From Eledone cirrhosa (lineage: Eukaryota): 64,000 bases of DNA. Where the stretch lies: the NCBI GenBank assembly GCA_964016885.1, contig OZ024743.1, positions 348,316,001 to 348,380,000 on the forward strand, given 5' to 3'. The notes below the pieces were generated by a model. It saw only the letters and a list, made by a program, of their open reading frames with translations. It was not told the DNA's origin and made no database searches. The position numbers and the translations under genes were made by a program. Shown one piece after another: positions 40,218-55,469 of this stretch. Within the stretch, counting starts at the first letter, position 1. Each line of letters starts with the position of its first letter.

Positions 40218-41515
40218 CAGGAGAACATGATATGAAGGCTAAAAAACACTTGTTGATAGTGCAGTTTTAAATCAACATATGAAAAGTGGTTTTAGATTGA
40301 TGTGTGATATTAGGAAAAATATTTTATTTAGAGAGGGGGGGGGGAGGAAGAAAAGGGAAGGAGATGAGAGGGAGAGATGGGTGATAGAGAGAAAGAGATA
40401 GTTTTTATAACTGAGAGGAGATATATTTTATATAGAGGGGTTGAAAACCGTTGGAAGATACTGTATAAATTAAAAATTTTGAAAATTAACGAAGGGAGGA
40501 TATGTGCGAGGAAAAAATATTTTATTTAGGGAGGGGGGGAAAGGATGAAAAAAAGGGGGAGGAGATGAGAGTGAAGGTGGAAAGGGAGAGATGGGTGATA
40601 GAGAGAAAGAGATAGTTTTTATAACTGAGAAAAAGATATAATGTTTTAATATAGAGAGGTTGGGAACCGTTGGAAGATAATGTATAAATTAAAGGAATTT
40701 GAAAATTAACGAAGGGAAATTATGTATGAAGATAGAGAGAAAAAATAATAATTGTGGGTGAATATTCTAACGTCAAAAGAAGAAATGTATGTATAGTGGC
40801 AATTTCAAAATTAGCAAAGAGAAAAATGTTAAGGTTTATGTGTAGAAGGATTTGAGAAAAATAACTTCACATTATTTTTCTCAAATCCTTCTACACATAA
40901 ACCTTAACATTTTTCTCTTTGCTAATTTTGAAATTGCCACTATACATACATTTCTTCTTTTGACGTTAGAATATTCACCCACAATTATTATTTTTTCTCT
41001 CTATCTTCATACATAATTTCCCTTCGTTAATTTTCAAATTCCTTTAATTTATACATTATCTTCCAACGGTTCCCAACCTCTCTATATTAAAACATTATAT
41101 CTTTTTCTCAGTTATAAAAACTATCTCTTTCTCTCTATCACCCATCTCTCCCTTTCCACCTTCACTCTCATCTCCTCCCCCTTTTTTTCATCCTTTCCCC
41201 CCCTCCCTAAATAAAATATTTTTTCCTCGCACATATCCTCCCTTCGTTAATTTTCAAAATTTTTAATTTATACAGTATCTTCCAACGGTTTTCAACCCCT
41301 CTATATAAAATATATCTCCTCTCAGTTATAAAAACTATCTCTTTCTCTCTATCACCCATCTCTCCCTCTCATCTCCTTCCCTTTTCTCCCCCCCCCCCTC
41401 TCTAAATAAAATATTTTTCCCAATATCACACATCAATCTAAAACCACTTTTCATATGTTGATTTAAAACTGCACTATCAACAAGTGATTTTTAGCCTTCA
41501 TATCATGTTCTCCTG

Positions 41516-41582
41516 TTTTATCTGATGAAAACACAAATATTATTGTTTGATGATGTTTGTTTTTGAAATGCGCATAATAAAA
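41516..41582 (+). ncRNA. Type I hammerhead ribozyme
   Basis: ttttat-CTGATGA-aaacacaaatatt..gatgtttgttttt-GAAA-tgcgca-TA-ataaaa. Confidence 0.8.
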
Positions 41583-41614
41583 TATATGGAACTCCTTTAA
41601 CCATCTTTTGATCT

Positions 41615-41716
<102 letters not shown>

Positions 41717-41723
41717 TATATAT

Positions 41724-41756
<33 letters not shown>

Positions 41757-41854
41757 CATTTCAAGTTAAACGCATGGTTATACACCAAGATACACGTATA
41801 CGTATATATACATATGCGCATACACAAACATATATGTACGTATGTATGTATCTA

Positions 41855-41928
<74 letters not shown>

Positions 41929-42328
41929 CATATATGTGTGTGTATGTGCTTATGTATATATATATAGGTATACGCGTATCTTGATGTATAAACATGCGTT
42001 TAACTTGAAATATAATGTACAGCTTTTTAAATAAACATACAATTTACATCTAGCTGTGAAGTATAAACGAAATGGTAACACCACAGCTTTTTATCTCTTT
42101 TGAAGGAAAAGTGGGATCGATCTCGTGAAGTGCGAGTATTGATGAGACTTCATCAAATGGTGAGTATCAATTTATGATGTACCATGTGGAGATATTCTCA
42201 GCCGAAATCTATATATGAACCATTCAATGGACATCTAACTATTGATGGAATCATAGGGGCCTCGTCGTGGGCACGTAAATTTGGTAGAACCTATCCCACT
42301 GCATGTCTGATGACAAAAGATATCTTCC

Positions 42329-42376
<48 letters not shown>

Positions 42377-42517
42377 AGAGATAGAGAGAGAGAGGGAGAG
42401 AGAGAGAGATAGCGAGAGGGAGAGAAAGAGAGGGGGGGGTGAACGAGATACAGTTAAGAACCGGCCGCAACATTGGACTTGTACATTATTTATCGACATC
42501 GGAATCATTAAATACTA

Positions 42518-42565
<48 letters not shown>

Positions 42566-42667
42566 ACGCACGCACACACGCACACACACATACACGCACA
42601 CGCACACACACACACACACACATACACGCATACACACACACGAACACCCCCCCCCCACACACACACA

Positions 42668-42700
<33 letters not shown>

Positions 42701-42704
42701 CACT

Positions 42705-43640
42705 CGATAGGTGTTGATGCTGACTGTTGCAAGGCTGGAATGAAAATCAGTGTTGCAAGAACTGAGACGCTCGTCTTCTCACGGAGTCCTATGCAATGCA
42801 ATATACATGCTGGGCTTGGGGGGTGGGGGTTCTAATGAAGTAGGTGGCAAAGATCAAGTATTGCAGTCCTGTGTTCACGACTGATGGAAGGCAGGAGATT
42901 AATCAAGTGCAAGTATTTCATAAGCAGGTCGATCTTCAACCATCGGTAATCAGAAAAAGGGAGTAATGTGCAAAAGGTAAATTCCCTAACTTAAATTCGG
43001 TATGGTCATAAAACTTGTGTAAAGTGCGAAAGTCTACGTTCGCTAATACAAGAGGTCGAAATGGGGTTCCTCCGAAGGGGATTCGGAGGAAGTGTTACTC
43101 GATAGAGTGCCTAGATTAGAGATCAGAGAGTCGCTCCAGGTAAAGCAGCTACTTCTCCGAATTGACTGCATGTGGTTAGAATGTCTCAGAAAAGAATCGC
43201 TAGAATGATTTAACGGGCAAAACCAACCGGCTTGAGACCCAAGGTTAAACGCGAGCAAGATTTGGATAGCATCCATGAACTTGGTTGGTTTCTTTTGCGG
43301 ATCCAGTTGGATCAGTAGCTACTTCTGCGAATTGACTGCAACGATATGATTGGCATGTAGATAGAATGTCTCAGGAAAGAAACACTGGACAGGTTTTATG
43401 GGCAATACCAGCCGGTATGAGACCCAGGGATAGACCTGAGCAAGATGGTTGGATAGCATCCATGAGCTTGGATGGTTTCATTAGCGGATCCAGTTGGATC
43501 AGTTTGAGATGGTTGCTTCTGACAGAACCAGTTTGAGGACTCTGACCCACGTCACACTGAGGAATAAGGGAGAGAAGAATGAGAGGAAGAAGAAGAAGAA
43601 GAAGAAGAAGAAGAAGAAGAAGAAGAAGAAGAAGAAGAAG

Positions 43641-43670
<30 letters not shown>
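42705..43670 (+). mobile_element. Decayed RTE-clade LINE 3' part with internal duplication and (GAA)n tail
   Basis: [24 protein letters not shown] remnants; duplicated 3' block (about 43140-43320 and 43320-43505); long (AAG)n tail. Confidence 0.65.
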
Positions 43671-43671
<1 letters not shown>

Positions 43672-43728
43672 GGAAGATGAAGAAGACGATGATGATGATG
43701 ATGATGATGATGAAGAAAAGAAAAAGAA

Positions 43729-43782
<54 letters not shown>

Positions 43783-43899
43783 CTGTGTGTATGTGTGTGT
43801 GTTTGTGAAAATCCCAGCAAATAACTGTAAAAACAATCGATCGCTATAAATAATAGAGAAAATTGGGTAATATATATATCTTTCTGTCTGTACGGGTAT

Positions 43900-44500
43900 T
43901 TTTCCCAATTTTCTAAGCTATTATTTCTAGCGGAATACATTCTCCTTATTCTTCCACATGTAGCCAAATATATCAATTTCCTTGGTAACGCAGACAAAAC
44001 AGAATACATCAGCTTAAATCAAAATGGAACAATCAAAACAGTATCCGGCACACGTATCAACTCTGTAGAAGAATTTACTTATATGGGTAGTCAAATGACT
44101 AGCTGCGAAAGCAATGTAAACACACGGATTGGTAAGGCCTGGTGTGTCATCAACAAATTATCTCTAGTGTAGATATCTAGACTTCCAGGCAACATGAAAA
44201 GGTACATCTTTCATGCAACTATTACCTCTTTGTATTGTTCAGCATGGAACCATACCACGAAACATGCAAAGAGTAGCTTTGAATGTCACTTGGAGAGATC
44301 AGCTGACCAATGAGCGATTGAATGGGAACCTTCGAACATTATCAGACATCATCAAAGTGCGTTGATGCAGATTCTCAGGGCATTTCTGGAGAGCTAAAGT
44401 CGAAACTCTAAGTGGAATTACTTTGTGGGAGCCTACACAAAGAAGACCTAGCAGATGACAAAAAGATGAAACATATATCAAGCAGAGCTCGCAATTCCTT
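43900..44500 (+). mobile_element. Decayed RTE-like LINE fragment
   Basis: NADKTEYI..VEEFTYMGS..RIGKAW, RFSGHFWR remnants. Confidence 0.6.
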
Positions 44501-44798
44501 GTGACTTTGAGTAAGACACATTAGTTACGCTTCTCTACTTTACTCAGGTGCAGAATTGTATTGCGAAATTTCATGTGCGAAGCTATACCAGCCTTTGCTC
44601 TCCCTTGGACAACATCATTGGCGTGGAGAAGGAGACTGGCGTTCATGCGTGACTGGTTGTCTTCCACACTTTGCCTGGTATCTTGCACGGGAATGATGGT
44701 TTCTAGATGCAACCTTTTTATTATAGTATAGAATATTATATAACATTATATATATAACATTATGTATATAACATTATATATATAACATTATATATATA

Positions 44799-44975
44799 GG
44801 GCGGTGAATTGGCAGTATCGGTAAAGGGTCGACGCCATGCTTTGCAGCATAGTTAGGTCCCTTTACGGTCTGAGTTCAAATCCCGTCGATGTTAACTTTG
44901 CCTTTTATCCTTACGGGATCGATAAATAAAGTACCAGTAACGCACTGGGATAATTGCTGGCCTCGTGCTAAAACT
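44799..44975 (+). mobile_element. tRNA-derived SINE, full length
   Basis: A box tggcagtatcggt, B box gagttcaaatcc, conserved central block gccttttatccttacgggatcgataaa. Confidence 0.8.
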
Positions 44976-45026
44976 ATAAGTGTGCGAAGAAGAAGATATA
45001 TGCTATATTATATTATATATGTGTGT

Positions 45027-45064
<38 letters not shown>

Positions 45065-45695
45065 GTGTGTGTGCGTGTATTAATAGGTTTTAATTAAGTG
45101 AGCAAAGTACAATAGTAAATCGAAAATAGCGTTGTAGTCATCGAGAATACCACAATATCGTCTCTGCGTAGGTCAAGCTTACCTACCAGGGAATATTCTA
45201 ACAATCACTAAGTTATTGCATCCTGTTTTCAAAGTAGATAAACGAAACGAAATTTCCAATTAATTTCATATACCTGTTTTTTTGTGTTTCCCAAAACATC
45301 TTTACTTTATATCCAGTGCACACAGGACAATTTGATTTTGTAAGCAATCCTTTAATCTTGCCATGAATCTTTGTTTATTCTAACCATGTCGTTTTGTATT
45401 TCCATCATTTCATTCTGGCACCTAATATATTGTACTGGTTGTCTGTCTCATCATCTACATATATAGAAATTGGCTGATATCACAATAAAATAATACATAT
45501 GAATAGATATAGTCATACATACGCATACTCTAATATCAAGAGCACACACACACATATTAACACACAATCGCGTGCACACACACACACACACACACATACA
45601 CATACAAACACACGATAACACACACACACGGATATATATATATTTGTATATGTAATTATAATATATATGTGTGTATGTGTGCGTTTGTATGCACG

Positions 45696-45730
<35 letters not shown>

Positions 45731-45767
45731 ATATATGTATGTATATATATATATACATATATATATA

Positions 45768-45821
<54 letters not shown>

Positions 45822-45868
45822 CATACCTATGTAATTATATATACATTTATATGTATGTATGTACACAC

Positions 45869-45939
<71 letters not shown>

Positions 45940-46230
45940 TTATTCATAAATATATATATTACATATCTATTTATATGTAATATAGATATTGCGTGTTTTA
46001 TATATTTACATATATAAATACGTAGTATTCGTTTATATGCCTTTCTGTACTCGGACTCACGTGTGAGTGAGTATACGAGAAACCTAATCCTATCGTCTAA
46101 ACACCATGTATATATATTAAACATATTCTTATGTCAGTTTATAAATTTTGGCTAATGTAAATCGTCTCAGGTGTCAAGGGTGTATATATATGAATACATA
46201 AATATATAAACAAACACACATACACATGTA

Positions 46231-46324
<94 letters not shown>

Positions 46325-46366
46325 ATAAAAATATATGTATATATATGTATATATATGTATTTTATG

Positions 46367-46402
<36 letters not shown>

Positions 46403-46465
46403 ATATGTATATATATGTATGTATGTATGTATATATATATGTATATATATGTATGTATGTATATA

Positions 46466-46536
<71 letters not shown>

Positions 46537-46650
46537 CTGTGTGTGTATGTACATGTATATATATATATATGCATGCATCTATATATATATACACAAACAA
46601 ACAGATATATATATATGTGTGTGTAATGAGAGAGGAGAGATATTCATAGA

Positions 46651-46713
<63 letters not shown>

Positions 46714-46891
46714 CTACATATGTATGCATATATCAAACATCCGTTGTATGACTCAAATATTTGATCGCGAAATTAATTAAGATCACCCATTCATTCTTAA
46801 TAAAACACATACACACACACGCTGACATATTTATACGGATACACACAAACATACGCATACACACACATTTAGACATACATACACACACAGC

Positions 46892-46927
<36 letters not shown>

Positions 46928-47056
46928 TTTTTACATATGTGTGTGTATGCATACTTACATATAAATATATACACATATATGTATGTACGTATGTATGTAC
47001 TTATGTATATATCTATATAATAAATGAATGCTTTCTTTATAAATTTATATATATGC

Positions 47057-47090
<34 letters not shown>

Positions 47091-47249
47091 CTATGTTTGT
47101 GGGAGACGGCACATAACTTCGATCTGTAACTTCGTTGTGATTAGAAACAGCCGACGGCTATGTTCCAAAGATACCTATCTTTTATGTTCATGTGTGTACA
47201 TACACATATGCATACACTCACACACACACACACACATACACACACACAT

Positions 47250-47327
<78 letters not shown>

Positions 47328-47397
47328 ATTTGTGTTTTTTAAATATATATACATACATTCATATATACACACACACACACATCTCTCTCTCTCTCGC

Positions 47398-47498
<101 letters not shown>

Positions 47499-48531
47499 TA
47501 TGTATATACATATGTATGTATTTATTTATACCTATATATTTTTTTGTGTGTACTATTTTGTTTTTTTGCCCTTATCACTATACAGTCAACATCTTTTGGA
47601 TTTAACTGATAATTACAAAGCAATAACGGAAATAAATAGATTGGAAAGATATTGCTTGGTGCCCAACCGTATTAGGTGCAATGTAAACATTAAAGCGATA
47701 TCGGTACATAGAACACACATATCCTCAATACACTACCGCTCACACATACACACACACACTGAACTACACTATATCTCTATTGTAATATCAGCAAAACACG
47801 CAACACTATAGAATAATATGAGATAACAGCATAGCAGTAGACAACATCTAAACAATATACTATACAATACTAATACATTCACAGATATATCTATAACATA
47901 ACGACCTCTTTTTTTGTCTATGGTATAGTGGTTGCTCTTTGGTAGCTTAAACGCTAGTGATAAAAGCCAAATATCACTTAAAACTCACCCTATTTGGTGT
48001 ATTTTTAATAATTTGCTTCGTCACATAAATTTACAAGCATGATTTAATAAAAACATATAAAAAAATAAATAAATAATATTGTGGTCATATTTGAACGTTT
48101 CCGACCAAAGAATTTAATATTGTTATTCTGTTTAGTTAGAGTGGAAAATCCTGTGCCCTGGATATTTTTAGAATATCGGATATTTGCTGGAGTGGGTATT
48201 ATTAAATTCTTACAGCAGAATGGATTCTGTTAAAGGCTAGCAAAGTTTCTGTAATGGTGTTAAACTAGGTGGTGGATTAATTCTACCACCCAAGTTTGCC
48301 ACATATATACAAGCAGCAGCATACCTACAACCGAAACAAATAACAGAGGCCATGCTATCTACAGTTCTAGCGGCTGTAGAATTTCACCCTCTTGATAGAA
48401 ATAGGGATTTCTTGGTAAGAAGTGCCTATACGGCGGTCGATAAAATAAAGCACAAGTAATGCACTGGGTTTAATTGCCGGCCTTGTGCCAACATTAGAAA
48501 TAATTGTTAATGTCCAATATAACCCATACGT

Positions 48532-48598
<67 letters not shown>

Positions 48599-48603
48599 AG
48601 TGG

Positions 48604-48659
<56 letters not shown>

Positions 48660-48670
48660 TAACAGATTAA

Positions 48671-48721
48671 AGTTTAAGCAAAGAATCGCTGCTTTCACCC
48701 TTAACGGGATCTTCTGAAACT
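48671..48721 (-). ncRNA. Compact hammerhead-like motif with U4A core
   Basis: Reverse complement reads agttt-CAGAAGA-tccc(gttaa)gggt-GAAA-gcag(cgattct)ttgc-TT-aaact. Confidence 0.65.
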
Positions 48722-48781
48722 AACCAAGTCAATCTTATATATATGTATGTATATATATATGTATGTATATATATATATGTA

Positions 48782-48818
<37 letters not shown>

Positions 48819-49018
48819 ACCTGATTAGTGCTATCGTTGCTCTGGTATATATACTGTGTGTTAGTTTAGCCTACCACAATGTTCGATTTGTCAAGCTTTT
48901 TAAACGTATGTTATTACTCTAAGGACCTATCTTATCGAGTGCTTTGCTAACTCATCATCTCATATAAGTAGGCCGAATTCACTTGCAAACCGCCAGAGAT
49001 TCGATTTTACTGATTTCC

Positions 49019-49059
<41 letters not shown>

Positions 49060-50665
49060 TATACATATATATATATACATATAAAATATATATATGTGTC
49101 TGTGTTCGTGTCTGTGTGTACGTGTATGTGTGTGTTTTAGAGCGGGGGGAAAGAGAGTATGTGTATATGTGTATATAGATGTATGTTGGGCATTTGTATA
49201 GTTGCCAGTTAACAAATTCTACCTGATGAGGTCTGTTACAATCACTAATAATTTCTTGTAAACACGTAACAAGTAAAAACATTAACGCAATCTTAAATAC
49301 TTGTGTCTTGACTGTTATCTTCAAGGTTTCTCTGCCAAATATAGCGTCAACGTCCCAGTCGAAATATCAATCTTTGGTCATTATCCCAACACCATTAATT
49401 CATTTCCTTTTTCCGTTACCCGTTACGATGACATTTTATTATTTACCAGCAATCTCCAACTTTAAAAGAACAACGACATCGACGATATACAATTTATGTT
49501 ACGTTAACAAGATGAAATCTTACAAGCAATATAGCTCGATTCTTGTCCATCTATAGGATCAAATCTAGAAAGCCATCTAAACTTGCTATGCAAATATGTT
49601 ATGGCAGAGTTCTTCATTTCTATGACTTCTTCAGACGCACAAATATTGTTATCATGGACAGTCTTTCAACGTTCAATTTTTCCTCGTATATTCAATACTG
49701 TTTATCATTTAGAAATCTACTTTCACTTACATACAACATCATCTGTGTCTTGTTCCTTGTATGGATTTCCACCATTGCCATTACTACCACCACCACCATC
49801 AAAAACACACACAGCGGTACACATTTAATGTGTCGACCCAACGACACTTTAAACATTCGATCTCCTACACACGAACCTTCAATTGTGTAAACACAATTAT
49901 TTCGGTTCCTAAACACCGTTAGCCTCGTCGACACCTCACCATCTCTTTTCGAAACCGCCATCGTTTTTCTTCGGTGCGTGTATGTGTGTATTTTAGAGAT
50001 GAGCGAATTTCCAGTCATCGACATCAAATACTCCAGCATTAATTTAATATGAATTACAATTCTCAAGAAGAAGAAGAAGAAGAAGAAGAAGAAGAAGAAG
50101 AAGAAGAAGAAGAAGAAGAAGAAGAAGAAGAAGAAGAAGATGATGATGATGATGATGACGATGACGACGACGACGACGACGACGACGACGTGGAGGATGC
50201 TAAACGTAAATAAAAACTAAAAGAAAATACATTAATGGACAATGATACGAAACATGTTAAAGACAAACAACATAAAACAAAAGCCTCACAATTGCACACT
50301 CTATGGAAAAGTGACTTGATGTCACCCTGAAACATATATACGCTCTTGACTTTTCCATCTTACTCACTCCTTCTATATGCATGTATATGCACACAACCAC
50401 ATTATGTACACATATGTGTGCTTGTCTGTGAGTGTATATGTGCATGTAGGTGGGATTATTAGCATATATATATATGCGTATATATATATATATATATACT
50501 GTGTACGTGTATCTATAAGTATACGAATACATATCTCTGTAACCATTCTGCATCTCGCCATACATTGAGTGCGCCCAAGATTAGTGCACACCCCGCTATC
50601 AGCACCACCGACTCTCTCGTTGTATATACATTTACGCACACACGCACACTCTGACTCACATACAC

Positions 50666-50700
<35 letters not shown>

Positions 50701-50892
50701 CCGATTTAACATCTAAAACTTATTTGTTTCAACAACTAGAACACTGCAGGTTGAATAAGTTGAGTTTGCGCAATGAAACGCGTATCCCTGCGTTTCTCCG
50801 TTCATGCATTTATTGTAGTATCAAATTTATTATAAAAAAAAAGTCTAATGGCCGGAATGCTCTATATGTATTTTTTACCGAATCCTTGCTGC

Positions 50893-50960
<68 letters not shown>

Positions 50961-50961
50961 C

Positions 50962-51046
<85 letters not shown>

Positions 51047-51863
51047 ATATATATATATAAATATATATATATATATCACAGAAAAAAGAGAATCAGTGTT
51101 GCGACGAAAGGAATTTATTGCATATATTACAATTGACTCTCGGGCGACCAGCTCGAGGCAGGATCGGGCATATTCTGCGCTACGAGGGCATAAGTGCTTA
51201 GAGTGAAAAAAATACTAACCATGAACACATATATGTATATATATGTGTTTATCTCTCTTTTATATTCAATTATATTATACGGCCCTTAAACATTTCTTTC
51301 CTTGAGCTATTCAATTTTAAGAGACTATTTCGGCTTTCTAACACAATACATACCTTTGATATATTCGGCTCCTTGAATCTGTAGAGCTAATTTAAATGTC
51401 GAGTAAACTTGACTGCAATATTTAGTAGCATACGTTTTGCGAGACACGCTGGGCACTGGATGCCATTTGCGTTATTTTATATACGCACACCATTCAGTCT
51501 TCTGAGATAATTAGAAGTGAAGGATTTACTAATTTCCACACCCAATAAAGTGCAATAGAAATGGTAATTCCCTGTCAGTAAATTGCGAAACAGCATTACC
51601 AAAAGCTGTCTGGGAGTCTGATAGTTATCGCAATTTCGGTTCGTATTTTTTTCTTAATTTATTCTTTTAAATTGATTCTGACAAACCCTATTGTTCATAG
51701 TTAGTATTTTTTTCACTCTAGCGAACTGGTACCTTACTATTTGAACACATATATGTATATATATGTGTTTATCTCTCTTTTATATTCAATTAGCAAAAAT
51801 ATCTTCTTTTGATTTATTTAATTGTAAGAGACTATTTTGAGTTTCTAACTCAATATAAACCTT

Positions 51864-51910
<47 letters not shown>

Positions 51911-52074
51911 TATGGGATAATAAATTATCGTTATAGGTAATCCAGTTAGAGATTGTGAATACTCCGTAATGTGGATAGTTTTAGCGTACGGGCGTTGTTT
52001 GACTCAACAAGGTAGCGAGTTTGTGAGTTCTCGGGAGTTCCTATGCAAGTTTCTCTTGGATTAATAATAGTGAA

Positions 52075-52306
52075 AGAGTGAAGAATAACATGGTCAACAG
52101 TACAAACAGGGTTTTATTTACAGTATTAACAATTGTTTCATTACAAACGCCGTGTTTTTCTCATGATTTGATTACGCATGCATTGTATTTAAAATTGAGT
52201 GACACAACTTCAAGTGATTAGCAATTTTTAGACAACTTAATAAATGAAACAATTGTTAATACTGTAAATAAAACTCTTTTTGTACTGTTGACCATTTTAT
52301 TCTTCA

Positions 52307-52310
<4 letters not shown>
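52075..52310. repeat. Diverged fold-back palindrome retaining the GAAAC-AATT-GTT hammerhead half
   Basis: gagtgaagaata..ttaacaattgtttcatt / aatgaaacaattgttaa..tattcttcactc. Confidence 0.75.
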
Positions 52311-52345
<35 letters not shown>

Positions 52346-52393
52346 ATAAAGTTAAATAAAAGGCAAATGATTAAAATTTAGCTTCGTTATATT

Positions 52394-52448
52394 ACTGCTA
52401 TATATATTTCAGTGACAGCCATCTTTGGCTGTGACCTCTTCAGGCAGT
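52394..52448 (-). ncRNA. Type I hammerhead ribozyme (mirror copy)
   Basis: Reverse complement of 52631-52685. Confidence 0.85.
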
Positions 52449-52630
52449 TTGAATTAGTATGGTATAGACAAGTACATATGTTGTTGAGGTGTATAATATT
52501 GTCAATACTCTGATATGCCCAGTTCCTTGTTGGGTTGTTGTTTCACTGAGGAACTGGAGTCATGACTGGAGTATTGACAATATTATACACCTCAATAACA
52601 TATGTACTTGTCTATACCATACTAATTCAA

Positions 52631-52685
52631 ACTGCCTGAAGAGGTCACAGCCAAAGATGGCTGTCACTGAAATATATATAGCAGT
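52631..52685 (+). ncRNA. Type I hammerhead ribozyme
   Basis: actgc-CTGAAGA-ggtcacagcc(aaagat)ggctgtcact-GAAA-tatata-TA-gcagt. Confidence 0.85.
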
Positions 52686-52825
52686 AATAAACGAAGCTAA
52701 ATTTTAATCATTTGACTTTTATTTAACTTTATTTTACATTACTCCGGAGTAACCAAACCAACCTGCGCACTTTGTCGAGTGCTCCAGCCTGCATCTGAGG
52801 TGTTGGTATGCAACCAACATAAACT

Positions 52826-52864
<39 letters not shown>

Positions 52865-52868
<4 letters not shown>

Positions 52869-54058
52869 TAAAAAATAAAAAGCAAAAACAATAACAAAGA
52901 GTGCAGTACGAACAGTGTTGCTATTAGGTTCACGCTTGAGACTGGGGTCTTTGAGACGACGTTTCGGGCATAAGCCATTCATCAGGAGAAACGTAGGAAG
53001 GAAAAGAGTTCCGAGGGTGTGAGGGGGAGTGGTGGAAAGACATTAAAAAGGAAGGAAAAATGAAAATGAGGGAAAAAATAAAAATAAAAACAAGTGGTGA
53101 AAGTGTGTGAGGCATGTGTGGTGAGTGGTGGGTGGAGGAGGGGAGACGGAACAAGGAAACAGGGGTCCGAGCGGGAAGGGTGGAAGGTGGTGTGTGTGTA
53201 TGTGTGTAGGTGTACGAGTGTGTGTGTCTGTGTGTGAGAACGAGGTTCCATGGTCGGGTAATAGGAAAACCAATGTGTATAATGGGGTGCGGTGTAAGTC
53301 AGTGTGTGTGTGTGCCTTTGGATAGAGAGGGGTCGGAGGGAGTGGGGGAGAGGCAGAGTAGGTGTATGTGAGGATTCGCACGTGTGTGCGTGGTTTGGTT
53401 ACGGGGTAATGTATGGTTGCGTGTGTGCGAAAATGGTGTACGTGTTTGTGTAGAGAGGGTGTTGCTAGTACGGGGGAATAGGAGAATGTGCTAGGTACAG
53501 TATGAGTGAGTGTGACATACCAGTGTGTGTGTGTGCGTGTTTGGGTGTGAGTGCGTGTGTGTCTGGTAGGGTGGGCGTTAGTATTATTAGTGGTTGATAT
53601 ATCATTTGGGCAATGCTGGTGGAATATTTTCAACATCATACAGACAATGTAGGGCTCATAGTGACATTGGAGAGAATAAAGATTGAGCTTTTCTAGTCAA
53701 CTGCAATAGTCAAGGCCCGTCATGCCATCTATCTTTTTTGTAATTGACCTTTGAGGTGCTTCAACTTTCATGATAATTTGTTTCGTGTGGGGAGACCACA
53801 ATGGACAAGATTATTCAAGCTGAGGTTGTGCAAAAGTGGAGAAGAGAAGGATAACTGTGGATATCTCGTGACTGGAAGGTTCTCGGAATCCAGGAACACA
53901 TTCTGCGGACCATGTCAACTTGGATGTTTATATAAGGAGCCGAGCTTATGTTGTTCTCCACAAATTCCCATGTCTCTGCTGGTGACTTTGGGTGTGCTTG
54001 AAATTCCTCCTTCGACTACAACATGATGAGCTCTGTCTGCCAGGAAACACTGGATCCA

Positions 54059-54060
<2 letters not shown>
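52865..54060 (-). mobile_element. Probable decayed Penelope-like element 3' part with a terminal hammerhead-like motif (52955-52989)
   Basis: Reverse complement near the 3' end reads ctc-CTGATGA-atggc(ttat)gccc-GAAAC-gtc; (TA)n on both flanks; only weak GIY-YIG-like remnants at 53700-54020. Confidence 0.5.
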
Positions 54061-54113
<53 letters not shown>

Positions 54114-54117
54114 TATG

Positions 54118-54278
<161 letters not shown>

Positions 54279-54400
54279 TCTTTTATATAAACTTTTATAC
54301 TCTGCTATGTATATTCTTTTATATATAAACTTTTATACTCTGCTATGATGTATTGAGTACCTTACTTACTGTGGTTACCTCCGATTCAACCCGGAATAAC

Positions 54401-54448
<48 letters not shown>

Positions 54449-55044
54449 ATGTGTGTGTGTGTGTGTATCCTGAGTCCAGTCTTTTTCGTTGCTATGGCAA
54501 TGCGGCTGGACAGCCGATCGCTATATTTGATTTGCAAAGCTGACTAAACGTATTGTCATTATTCTCGGGTATCATTCTCCATCGAGTGCTAAAACTATAT
54601 TCCGAATTTCCATTCGTTAGCTTAGCCGCAGCCTAAAGCTTCGTTAATGCTGCACTAAAATGTGTATATATGTATATATATATATATGCAGAATCTATAT
54701 TTAATTTGTTGGGATTATATATTTCAGCACACCAATGCTGCTACTTAATTTTTGCTGGACCGGCAATACCTCTGTATAATCAGCTCCTGATTATTACTGG
54801 AATTCTATAAGAATCCAGCTTCTATAATTTTCGGCGGAGTAGGGCAGTACGTAGCTCTGATGATTGCCAAACAGCACGAAACAGCTTCTCTGCCTTCTCT
54901 CGCTGAAAAGAAGCAATTGACATAGTCACTACTTTAAAAATGATAGCGTAAGATCTTCAAAATAGTTTTAATTAAACATACGGTATATTGCCAAATATCC
55001 TATGCATACATTCATGTATACATCGCTTTTTCAGAGCACCAATC

Positions 55045-55112
<68 letters not shown>

Positions 55113-55303
55113 GGTTTGAGGTTCACCACTGTATAGAGCTGGTCTATTCCGTATGGTCAATCGTAATGCAACAATATAGAGAGTACTCAACGTAAAGCAG
55201 TTCAACCGTCTTTGTTTTTGTAGTTGGTGGTGCTATTACGGAGTTAAATATTATAATGAAATGACAGGAGGCTGGATTTGTGTAAATCCTTGAAAGGTTT
55301 ATT

Positions 55304-55365
55304 ATACTATGATCATTTCAATGACCGGCCGGGTTCCGTATGAATCCGGTGATATCATCAGGTAT
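55304..55365 (-). ncRNA. Type I hammerhead ribozyme (mirror copy)
   Basis: Reverse complement of 55470-55527 with a 4-nt insertion in stem II. Confidence 0.75.
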
Positions 55366-55469
55366 TCGAAATATAATACGTGAATGTAATAGGTAAAATC
55401 CATGGGGCTGAAAGTCTCGATTTTCAGCCCCATGGATTTTACCTATTACATTCACGTATTATATTTCGA

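Larger units (their letters stand above)
52345..52733. mobile_element. Fold-back palindrome with mirrored hammerheads and a one-sided tail (52734-52830)
   Basis: Arms of about 165 bp; (TA)n flanks. Confidence 0.9.

Noticed and set aside
44799-44885. tRNA gene from A/B boxes
   Set aside because: No cloverleaf; it is the head of a multi-copy SINE.
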